From NCBI GenBank assembly GCA_051294905.1, contig CM119383.1, positions 24,738,001 to 24,802,000 on the forward strand: a stretch of DNA of 64,000 bases, written 5' to 3'. The notes beneath the pieces are model-generated. The model saw only the letters and a program-made list of their open reading frames with translations. It was not told the DNA's origin and searched no databases. Origin of the DNA: Botryllus schlosseri. Taxonomy: Eukaryota. Shown here piece by piece: positions 11,769-23,400 of the stretch; the stretch's first letter is position 1, and every line of letters starts with the position of its first letter. A program made the position numbers and the translations under genes.

Positions 11769-13200
11769 TTGCGCCACTTGGAGATCTCTGAAAATTAGTG
11801 TGATGCTAGGCTTAACTGTAAGCTATACGTATTTGAAAGCCATTCGTTGACACAGGTTATAGTTTGAAAATTTTCGAATATTTTTCGTGAATAAATTTGA
11901 ATTTTAATGACTGTGCAGCCGAGCGTATCGGGCCCGTTGGACACCTTGCGCCACTTGGATATCGCTGAAATTTGTGGTGCTTCTAGGCCTAATTGTAGGC
12001 TATGCGTATTTGAAAGCCATTCTTTGACACAGGTTATAGTTTGAAAATTTTCGAATATTTTCGTGAATAAATTTGTATTTTTATCACTGAGCAGTCAGGT
12101 GTGTCGGGCCCGTTGGATACCTTGCGCCACTTGGATATCGCTGAAAATTGGGGTGCTTCTAGGCCTAATTGTAGGCTATACGTATTTGAAAGCCATTCTT
12201 TGACACAGGTTATAGTTTGAAAATTTTCGAATATTTTCGTGAATAAATTTGTATTTTTATCACTGAGCTGAGCAGTCAGGTGTGTCGGGCCCGTTGGACA
12301 ACTTGCGCCACTTGGATATCGCTAAAAATTGGTGTGACGCTAGGCCTAACTGTAGGCTATACGTATTTGAAAGCCATTCCTTGACACAGGTTATAGTTTG
12401 AAAATTTTCGATTATTTTTTGTGAATAAATCTGAATTTCAATTACTGTGCAGCCGAGCGTATCGGGCCCGTTGAACACCTTGCGCCACTTGGATATCTCT
12501 GAAAATTAGTGTGATGCTAGGATTAACTATAGGCTATACGTACTTGAAAGCTATTCCTTGACACAGGCTATTGCTTGAAAAATTTCGAATATTTTTCGTG
12601 AATAAATTTGAATTTCAATGACTGTGCAGTCGGCGTATCGCGCCTGTTGGACACCTTGCGCCACTTGGATATCGCTGAAAATCGGTGTGCTGCTACGTTT
12701 AACTACAGGCTATAGGTATTTGAGAACCATTCCTTGACACAGGGTATAGTTTGGCAAATTTTGAATATTTTTCGTGCATAAATTTGAATTTTTATGACTG
12801 TGCATTCGAGCGTATCGGGTCCGTTGGACACCTTGCGCCACTTGGATATCGCTGAAAATCGGTGTGCTGTTACGTTTAACTACAGGCTATAGGTATATGA
12901 AAACTATTCCTTGACACAGGGTATAGTTTGAAAAATTTCGAATATTTTTCGTGCATAAATTTGAATTTTCATGACTGTGCAGTCCAGCGTATCGGGTCCG
13001 TTGGACACCTTGCGCCACTTGGATATCGCTGAAAATTGGTGTCGAATATTTTTCGTGATAAATTTGAATGCGCCACTTGGAGATAGTTGACAATTTGTGT
13101 GGTGTCAGATTTGCCTGCAAACTATACATATGTGAACGCCATACATTGCCACAGTCTCTAGTTTGAAGAAGATGGATTCGATTCTAAGTTTAGTGACTGT
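11769..13200 (-). repeat. Reverse-complement tandem array of the same unit (right foldback arm)
   Basis: Repeated cttgcgccacttggatatcgctgaaa; mirrors the left array unit by unit. Confidence 0.95.
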
Positions 13201-13400
13201 TTAGTTGAGCGTATCATATAGTTTAGAGACATTTGAGGTACGGCGTTTAGCGTGTCGGAGCAATATTTGTTTTGTCAAATCCAGATTTTGTGTGCTAAAA
13301 CTACATTTTGCGAAATTTCGTTTGCAGCAGAGCGATACCTTGCAGCTGTGAAAATGTCATGATGGAGATAGTCATTCGCGAGATAGCTGTGTTGAGTTAA

Positions 13401-14066
13401 GGGTGATGGACACTGGTTTACATTGAAGGCGAAGGCTGTGTTTGTTTATTATAATTTTGAGCGCCTCATTACGCCTCATTATGCTTCATTACGCTTCGCC
13501 TCACTGCGCTCGAAAATCGATCTCCGAGCGTTTTTTTCGTGGCGTAGGGAAGCGCACAGCGGCGGCAACTCGTACTTGCACTCGAATCAGTTTATCGCGA
13601 TGCCGGTATTGATGAGTAGAGACCGAAAGAAAAAGCGGCTCCTTTTGGCGCTGACTTTGCTACTTTTGACTGAAACTAAAGAAAAGATTGTGGGTTCACC
13701 CAATATTGAAGAAAAGAGAAACTTCGGGTAAGTAGACCTCGTAGTGAAATGATCAGATCTGTGCACTGTTGACGCATACCTGTTTTCACCTGAAATTTGA
13801 CAATGCTTTGTTGAATTCTTGACAAAATTGTTAAATCCCAATATTCTGTAGTAAACTAGGCCGTCACCCCATCAGCCTGCGTTGCTTGGGTGCTAGAGTG
13901 GACTCCATTACGGGTCGGACAGGTTAACCGATTACAATATGTTACCTCATGCCGCTGAATACTTTCTTATTGAGCATATATACACAATTGGTACATTTTA
14001 TCTCGTGTGATAGGGTTTTAATTCTATAATTTCCTTTTTTCATGAATAATGCAATTGACAGGATGC
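13401..14066 (+). mobile_element. Probable 5' fragment of a PIF/Harbinger element
   Basis: Starts TAA|GGG; contains KKRLWVHPILKKR and decayed F..L..LL.P.I motifs typical of Harbinger transposase N-termini; bounded by a 43-bp direct repeat. Confidence 0.5.
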
Positions 14067-14427
14067 CATGATGGACATAGTCATTCTCGAGATAGCTGTG
14101 TTGAGTTAACAGTGTTGAGGTGCTAGTCGAGCTTATATTCTTTATTAGTTGTTTCACAAATGACGTGATGCGATAAAATCAGTCGAGTATTTATACGCTT
14201 TATTGATTTGAAGGCAATTTAATGAGTATTTCACCGTAACCTACGTCGAAACATCGTATGGGGCCGATGGCTGCCCCGCGGAATGGCCGAAACTTGATCC
14301 TGGTGATACATCCGATAACTGCGGTACTCTACACAGTAGTTCTGATATTTATTTTTGATGGCTAGAATTTGATGGCTAACTTCGTCCTGGTGAGTGGTAG
14401 CGGGAACGTTTTGACACATAGTTCCGA

Positions 14428-14498
14428 ATGCAATCTCACGACTCAAGTAAAGCTTCTCCAGAGGCAAAGACCGATGTTGCTTCTCAAGTTGGGGTCAG
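14428..14498 (+). CDS. EDRF1: EDRF1 coding exon 1
   Basis: ATG..MQSHDSSKASPEAKTDVASQVGV, donor ag|GTGAGG; phase 2 joins exon 2 to give VRSKAVITYS. Confidence 0.75.
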
Positions 14499-17400
14499 GT
14501 GAGGACATGCGGTCATTATTACTATTATATGTGTTCCGGTGATTGTTACGGTATGCAGGTAAATTTATTGAAACTTGCACAAATTAGTGAATTACTGAAT
14601 TTTGGAAATGCTTCATATGTTATAGAAGTTAGAACTCGAAAACTACTGTACTCAATGTGCAAAATCCACAACTATAACTATAGTGACCAGTAGTTTGTGG
14701 ACTGTCGAGATTGATAGTTTCTAAGTCTGGCTGTCTCCGTCTGTCACACTGACTTGCCGGGTTGGAATCCCCGTGCGTGCCAGACTGGAATCGGTGGTTG
14801 AATTGTAGTTTCTTAACCGGAGGATTTTATCTTAAGTAAATTGCCAAAATTTGACCCCCGACTGAATAATTGGTGTTGTGTATCTATGCTCTATCGAAGT
14901 TTAGTTCTAAATTTACACAATATTATATTTTAGATCTAAGGCTGTGATTACCTACTCTGCATCAGAGGGTAATGCCGTGTATTTACGATTACCTCCTCGG
15001 ACTGATCTGAACAATGCCCCATCAAACTGGCTGAGAAAAACGATTGGCCTGAGGCCTGAAGTGGTATTACCTGGCTCAAGATATGTCAGCAATCGGAATC
15101 AACTCTTTAGCGGTTTTGCCATGGCTGGAAACCATTTACAACATGTTGGAAAGGTGGATGTGGTCTCTGATGCGGAGGTATGGCTTCCTCGATATGCTCA
15201 CCAAACTGTTAGATTATGGTACAGTATGTACATTATCAAATCGTATTGAAGTGCACAGGCTCTTAATTGAGATCTGTGGAGTAGTTTTACCAGGTCATGA
15301 AAGGTTAAAGAAAATCGTAAGGTGAAGGCTAAAAACCTCGAGTATTGAAATCCGGAATGTACGGCCAATCCATGGTTTGATTAAAGTAGCAGTAAATGAT
15401 CCTCATGCCAAAGTTGAATAGTAATAAGCAGATTCTGGAATCCATAAATGAGTACCCCAATATGTGGATTTAACACATAATTATGCCAGATTTAGTTCAT
15501 TTCATGGATACCGATAGTCGTAGATAATTGAAAATATTGCAAACTAAAGGCAGTCATGGTTAGGTGCGGTAGTTAAGGCTGTTAGCCAAAAGTATCCACA
15601 AACCTTTTCAATAGGGGTATTGTTGTCTTTGTGTTGGCTTATTCCAGTAATTTTGACATGCATAGCGAATCGGCTACTGATCGATCGGTTGGGGACGAAA
15701 TATTTTGTTGGTATTAGTTGGTACTATGACATATGTGTTGCTTTGTCAATGGCATGGCCACAATTTAAAGTTTTTGTACACAGCAATTGGTGTGATTACA
15801 TCGTAGATATTGAAAAACATTTAAAATTCCTTGAATTTAATGAAACAAACATGTTGTTGTTGTTACCTACTCAGTTTAATCTTATTGCATTTTTCTGTCC
15901 AATTAATGCAACTCAATAAAAATTTCAGGCTAGGTTACAAAGGAAGTCTAAGGTAATAACCAGGTTTGTAATCAAGTCACAAGACTCCGAGTCACAAGTC
16001 ACTTTTATAGTCCAAGTCCAAGGCAGCGAGCAGATGGTCGAGTCCAAGTCATTGTGTTGACTGCTCAGTTTCCAGTTACAGTCCTGTTAAACCCACTTTA
16101 TACAACTCTAGTGATATCGAATGAATTGCAATTTGCATTTATAATATACTAATTTTCCTCACTTTAAGCTGTTTCTGGTCGCATTTTCAATTACCAGTAC
16201 CAATAGACCAAATCCCAACAGTGTGGCTACTTTACGATTCTTCGAAAATTCCATAAAATGTCAGTCTTGGCCGTCCGAGTCATGCGCAATGACTCGAGTC
16301 CAAGTCGAGTCGATACACAGATTGACTCTCGAGAGTGTCAATTCCGTATTTTGATAAAATGACTCGAGACAAGTTGAGTCATCAGAAAATCGTGACTCGA
16401 GTTGAGTCATTACAACCCTGGTAATAACCCCCCCAAAAATTAGGAGTCGGGCCTTAAAAAAATGCAGGAAGCCCAGTTCTAGTGTATTCTACTATAAGCC
16501 CTGTGTAATTGAGAAATGCCAATTTCAGAATATCAAGAAATTGCTGAAAATTCCATACAGCAACGCTCACACAAGCATGGCAATCCACAGAGTTGGCAGG
16601 ACTCTTCTATTGGAAAATTTTGACATTAAAAAGCACTCTGAACAAGGTAATATCCAAGTACATTTTGTGTTACCGTATTGTAATGTGTCAACAGTACACT
16701 GTCTACTCCTGCAAGTGGCGACAGTGTACCATGCCCTCGCAGCCCCTCGTCATCCTGGTCCTTACTGGATTTTCACTAGTGTGACAAATCAATGAATCTA
16801 TCCATCTGTCCATTAATCAGTCTCTTATCTGTTGTTAATCTATTTTGCACTACCGAATTCAATTGGCGATTGTTTTCGAACATTATTTAGTGATGCTTTC
16901 GTCTGGTAGACTGTGAAAGCTAATCATCATCAGAACTTATGGTTGGTGAGATTATGCTGGTGAGCTTATCTAGAAAAGTGATATGTGACCATGTTTTGAG
17001 GTTATTTGTATCAAAGATTTCAATTAATCTCTGTATTAAAGTGACCGTCTCAAACTGCTTATTTATTAGGTATGGTAGCTAAATTATTTGGAGCTGCGAA
17101 GGCGCTGCTAAATGAAATGAATTGACGAATATGGCCCTGATGACGGAGATGAAATAGCATTGAATTGAAAAATTGAATAGTTTATTTATATTGAAATAAA
17201 CCCAAATATTTTCGGCTGACACTCATCAGGCGTAATTGTCAGCAACTGTAAGAGCATTGAAAAGAACATTGTATATCATCAATCGTATCACAAAATATGA
17301 CGTCATCAGCATGAAAATGAACAATGATCCAGTGTACTATTTCTAGAAGATACACGAACTCCTTCCGTAGGCACAGACTTAAGTTGGCCTCTAGAGCGAA

Positions 17401-20400
17401 TAGGTAACCTTAGTAGAATAGAACAAATGATGGGTAGTAGAATAGAACAAATGGCGGGTCACATACTCTGGACGCCTGTTCTATGTCATACGTTCACGCT
17501 ACAGTGGTATTGGTATTCAAGTATAATTATAGGCGCGGTGTCATCATAATAAAACGATATACTGTATTTTTTCAGGCTCCGAATGGACATGGTTCCGTGA
17601 TTTTTACCGAGAACTATTTCAACAAAGTGACGGCCATACTTTGCTGAAGAAGAAGAGTCCCTCTTCACAAAATGACCGCATGATGCTTTCTAAATTTTTA
17701 TATTACAGGTAGGCCTACATTGCCATGACAACCTACTTGATTTCGATAAAGGCTTAATTACCATAGTACTATGATACTCAATTTCCGTTTAATGTTCACT
17801 GTTTGATTTTTAAACAAAGTCACAAAGTTGCCTGGCCATAGCGATTAAATGGTTATGTCGTCTAAAGCAGTAGTTCTCAACCTTTTTGAGCTCGCGAACC
17901 TTTAAAATGAACCCTGAATTTAATTACGACAAATGGACTCAACTCAATTTCATGCTACTTTTTTGGTAGTAGGCCAACATATTTATGCGTGATTCTGATA
18001 AGTATAGGTGAGGCAAAGCTCGCGGAGTCCTGTTGAAGACCACTAACTTAATCGTGATTGTTCGGTATTCTTTGAAATGAATGAGATGCTATTTGCCTGG
18101 TCCTATTATGCTGTTAAGTATCGCTTAATTGCATTGACGGAATTTAACGATGTTTGTTTAAAAGTCTTCCGCAGCTTCCACATGTAACTTGTCCGAAACG
18201 AGTCGTAGGCTGCTTTTAAACAGTTTCGTACAATACTCGCACAATTGTGACATACGCCCAAAGTGGACCACGAAATCTCTATTATCCTACGAAAATGCAG
18301 AAATATATGTTCCAAACTTCTAACTTAATTTATAATTTGAAGTTTCATTTCTCTAATGGACAAGCGTCCATCTTCCTGCATTTTGGAATTGAGGTATAAA
18401 ATTCTAATATATATATGTCCCAGACCGGCAGGAAACTTGCCACGGACCGGCGTTTGAGAACCGCTGGTCTAAAGCCGTGTTTCAAGACCACTGGTCCTCG
18501 ACAAGTATCCTGCAGATCCCTAAACAAGTGACAGATTTCATTCTCACTTCCAAAATGCAGGACGTTGGACACTTGTCCAGTAACTAGAGTAATAGAACAT
18601 CAATTTATTATTTCTGTATGGTGTAGTAATAGAAAATTCATGGGCTAATTAGGCGTACGTTTCGGACAAGTTATATGTGAAAGCTAGCGACACTTGGCAG
18701 TATAATAGGGGCTATAGCAAACATCAATGTCACATTTCTTTCAAATGATATCAAACAATCACAGTCAAGTTAACGGTCTTCAACAGGACTCTGGAACTCT
18801 GGGGAGAAATTTCAACAGAGCCACCAGCCTCATATAAATATTTAATATTAAAAAGGCAGCATTAAATCGAAGTTTACAACATTACAATTGAGTTGCATGC
18901 ATTTGTCGTTCTTAGATTCGGGCTAATTTCGATTCATGGAGATTCACAGGTCCACAACATTTGTTTCAAAATTTTACTGGTCCGCGAGGTCTAGAAGGTT
19001 GAGAGCCACTGGCCCGAAGCATGCTTGATTAGGCTCAATGCCAACATCTGGTCGTCCAACAATGGGATGTCCGAGGAATCTCAGATCGTCTCATTTCCTT
19101 CAAGCTGGAAAATAATGGCTCATAACTAGGGCTGGGCACATTGGTCCGCGTGCTCGAATCTGAATTGAGTCTTAACTCTAATGATTTGAATCGAGTAGCG
19201 AGGGAAGATTTTTACAGTGCTGAAATCGTACACTCCCAGTGAATTTAGAAATTAAGATTGTATTTTCGATACTCGACTCAAAGCTTACAACTCGATTTAA
19301 AATCGACTCACTCAGACGCTCGATTCTGTCCAGCCCAACTCATCACTACTAATTCTAGAGTACGTGTCCTGAAAAGAGGATATAAAAATGCAAAGTGAAC
19401 TAAACAACCACAACTTCTTTTGATTTGGAAATTCAAATTCAGAATGTAGATTATTTTAAACAGCTCTGGACAGGTCACTTTGACCAAATTTATCTGTACT
19501 TCGTCCTTGTAAACGCTCATGAATCTCAAATATATCGGTTGGTATTTGAAGACAAAATTTCATATGTTCTCCGCGGAGAGAGTTAAGATTCATCTTGTTA
19601 ACCGCCAAAATCTTATGCATTCCTCTCTCTTCTAAGACATTTATTTGCAAATTATGCTGTTATTGTGATTATTTTGATCCCCGTTTGCTCATCGAGTCTA
19701 CAAGTTGATTAACAATTGAATACTGGTCCGGTATATCAACCGTATCCATTGCAGGGGAAAATACTCATTATAGCCTACTAGTTTATATTTAGTATTGTCC
19801 TGCCCTAAAACACCATTTTTTTCACCACCATGTTGTCAATGTTTTGCAGTGTTTATCAAGAGTCTTGCAATAAACTGGAAGATCGGTCAGTAACTCCGAG
19901 ATCTCCCAGTCGGAAGAGCGACGTTGAAAGCAACATTGGGTATAGTGGAAATCTATATTTGGAGGAACCTCTGTGATGATGGCTTTTTGGCTGATAATTT
20001 ATGTTTTAAAATAACGCTACCTCAACTTGAATGTCCTCAATAGCAAATGATATTATATGATGGATGGGTGCATGTTTATTGGCAATGAGTTCTGTGCAGA
20101 ATGCTATCATCAGTAAAATTTTACAAAATAGCTGATAATCAGGACATAATGTAGCATTTGCATGTGTAGTTTCTGTTGCACAGTTGCCCCAATGCACCAT
20201 TCTTGCTATAAAATGCCCAGTAGCAGACCTGTAGCCGGGTATTACTCAGATACAGCATTACAGCAACACCGTTTTCAAAGTGCATGGTTTTTTCTAGCTT
20301 ACGTCCGCGAACAATGCATATTGCAATATTTATAAGTTTCTTCTTACGCTTAATGCTCTCTCTCGTATGCAAGGGGAAATTTAGCCTTTTTTCACCTCGT

Positions 20401-23400
20401 GATCATATTCTCAAATGTCGCGGCACGTTCACCAGAATTATCAATGATATAGATATTTCACAAATGTAACATTGGTATTAAGTTACACTGACTTTCTGTG
20501 TTACATTTCCATGCCAAGCAGCCGAGTTTTTAAGTACCCATGTAAATAGGCGGTTACCTGAAAAGTTGGCTGAGGGAAACAGCACAAACATGCTGCTTCA
20601 GAAGAATCGCATATCCATGATAATTGTTTCATGCATGCAAGATGTAATGGCCACGCTCTGTAAAATAACGCCTGGAGAACCATATGAGTATTTGTATATG
20701 TCAGAACAAAGTTTCCAAGGTGTCGCCCATTGCAATCTATAGCTATTGATTAGTTACTTCATTGAGATATTTCTTCTCCTGCGTTGTGTATTCCGATTTT
20801 TAATCCCTGTTTACTGATTCTGCTGAAAGCACTTGAAAACCATAAGACTAACATGATTCCATCTGTTCTTAATCCCTGACCCAGTTCAATTGAAATCGTG
20901 GTGTGATAGAATGTTGAAATTTTGAATGAGGCTTCTTTGGAATCTTCTTTTTTTTCACAGAATTCCAAGACTCCCAAACATCTTGAAACCTGATCATTTC
21001 GCGCAAGAACAAAGTGAAAGAAGATGGAAATACTGGACACCTCATGAAAATCTTCCCCAAGGCTCACAGGTTTGCTGTACTATCGTAATTGATGAACTGG
21101 CCTTGACAGGCAGCTAGCTGTTCTGCTATTCTTTTCACTAACATGTTGTGTATCAGCAGAGCTTTAATCTCTTAGCAATTTGTTTGTTATGGGTACTTAT
21201 TCCTGGTATGTTACTTTTCACACAATACCACTCACCCATATCAATGAACTCAGAACACGCCCTATGTAGATCTACTTCCAATGATATCCAAAAACGAGTT
21301 AAATCTTAATATTAGATCTTCTATGTTAATTAATTCTGCAGACGTTTGACGACGAAGCGTTTCGATTCGAGAGAAACATATTATGGACGTTTGAAGATCT
21401 GAAAATGATCCTAGGGACGAATATGCCGATATTCGGTGGGGGAAAGTATCCGGCTGTCAGCCTGCGACTTCGGTAAGTGTTAGAGGTAGATATCTTGACT
21501 CGAGAGCAGAACTACTGCATCACATAGAAGCTAGGCTGTTGACGGTACATGATTTCCGGACAGAAAATAGTAACTTTTGTTTACTGCCACAGCCTAACAC
21601 GGCTAGAGCTGGGTAGTAGCTGACTGATTCCATTCTGAATTAGTACGATTAAAGTCTAGTCGGTTGTTCGAGTAGCACTTGATCTGATGTCACATAAATG
21701 ATTTGGAAAGTTCGAGTGCCTTTTGCGCGATCTCCAAGAAAATAATTCCAATTTTACATCATATTAAAAATAAATGAGGATATTTTCGACCATGCACCTT
21801 TGTTTTTAACTTTGTACTACGTTTTTGGATTCTGCGATACGGCCAATCATGGCCGGCTCTTTCAGTTGGAAAATAGAGGTGTAAATCTAATTCTCGTTGA
21901 TAATCCTCGGTTCGGGTTTGAGTATTTGAATCATTATACCTAGCCCTAATGGTTATTTGACTCAACCATTTTCGAACTTCCACCACTTATTCCAGTGTTT
22001 TTTGTTCTACTTCAACTGTTTCTGAAGCCTAAATGACTTTCTTTTGTTAAGCAGTAAATGTATGTTGGAAAGGGACCTTCAATTGCAATTTCTACTCTCA
22101 AACATCATTTCATCCTTTTTCAGTGATTCACAGAAACCCATCAATATTCTGACCGGAATCGATTATTGGCTGGATAATTTAATATGCAACGTGCCGGAGC
22201 TTGTGATGTGCTTTCACGTGGAAGGGATCGTTCAAAATTACGAATTCATCAAGACGGAAGATATACCCAAACTCAAAGATTCAAGGTAATGTTTCCTTGG
22301 TGTTTGTGTTACCAGTTTCGGATGCCATTTGTTGATGTTGATTAACACACTTTAAGTTATTGGGCAAAAATCCTAATTTCCGACTTGTATTTGCTGTTTC
22401 ATTTGCTGATTGCTTCATTGAACTGATAGCAGACAATATGGATCAAATTAAGATCATGGTCAATTTCACGCCTTGTTTAAATAGTTCATGTGAATGTTAT
22501 CAGCTTTAAATGTGGACATTACAGGAAACTTTTATTGCTCCTTCCCAATTGCATTTATGGGCCAACTTTTCTCTAAACAGCCTCGTGGCCCAGATTGCCA
22601 TGTCACCACCTCGATTTTATGTTATAGAAGTATTCCAAGTTTGGTTTCAACTGCACTGGTGGAATTATTACGTTCATAAATGACTTTTTTTTAATAATTC
22701 TTTTTTTTTGCTTCAGCTTTAGCCCGCAGGTCATTAAAGATATTGCACAAAATATTCTCTCCTTCTTAAAGTCCAACTGCACAAAGGAAGGGCATACCTA
22801 TTGGCTGTTTAAGGTAAGGTGACCCCCATGACCAGTAGATCTAGCTATAAATTACCTGGGTAATTTATTTTTTTCAATATATAAATCAGGGTTGTAACCA
22901 AGTCACAAGGCTCCGAGTCACAAGTCAAGTTCGCTTTTATAGTTTTGACTCGAGTTCAAGTCATTGTGTTGTCTGCTCAGTTTCCAGTTAGTCTTGTTAA
23001 ACCCACTTTTGATAACTCTGTTTGGTGATATCGAATGGTTCGCATTTATAATATGCTCATTTTCCTCACTTTTAGCATTTTCTGGTCGCCTTTTTAAGTA
23101 CTAGCACCATCAGACGAAATCCCAATAGTGTGGCTACTTTCCTATTCTTCGCAACTACAATGAAATGTCGTCCATCAAATTTTGGCCATCCGAGTCTTGA
23201 GTCATATAACTTGGTTCGAGTAGTGCGCAATTTCGGGTCAATGCACAGATTGACTCGAGTCGAGTAATTTCCGTATTTTGAGAAAACGATTCGAGTCAAG
23301 TCGAGTCATCAGAAAATCGTGACTCGAGTCGAGTCATTACAACCCTGATATAAATATAACTAATTTTGAGAATTACCCGCGTGGACCACTCAAAACCTGT

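Larger units (their letters stand above)
6337..14391. mobile_element. Foldback/MULE-like non-autonomous DNA transposon, 8055 bp
   Basis: 9-bp TSD GAGTGGTAG at 6328-6336 and 14392-14400; termini accgggaggaagttggccatcaaattctagccatc and its inverse; arms of 2-3 kb containing mirrored tandem arrays. Confidence 0.88.

Noticed and set aside
8205-13200. Regularly spaced repeats resembling a CRISPR array
   Set aside because: Whole 176-bp units repeat with no unique spacers, there are no cas genes, and the context is eukaryotic; these are foldback subrepeats
17130-17160. CTGATGA..GAAA hammerhead-like string
   Set aside because: No G10.1-C11.1 pair and no stem I or stem III complementarity
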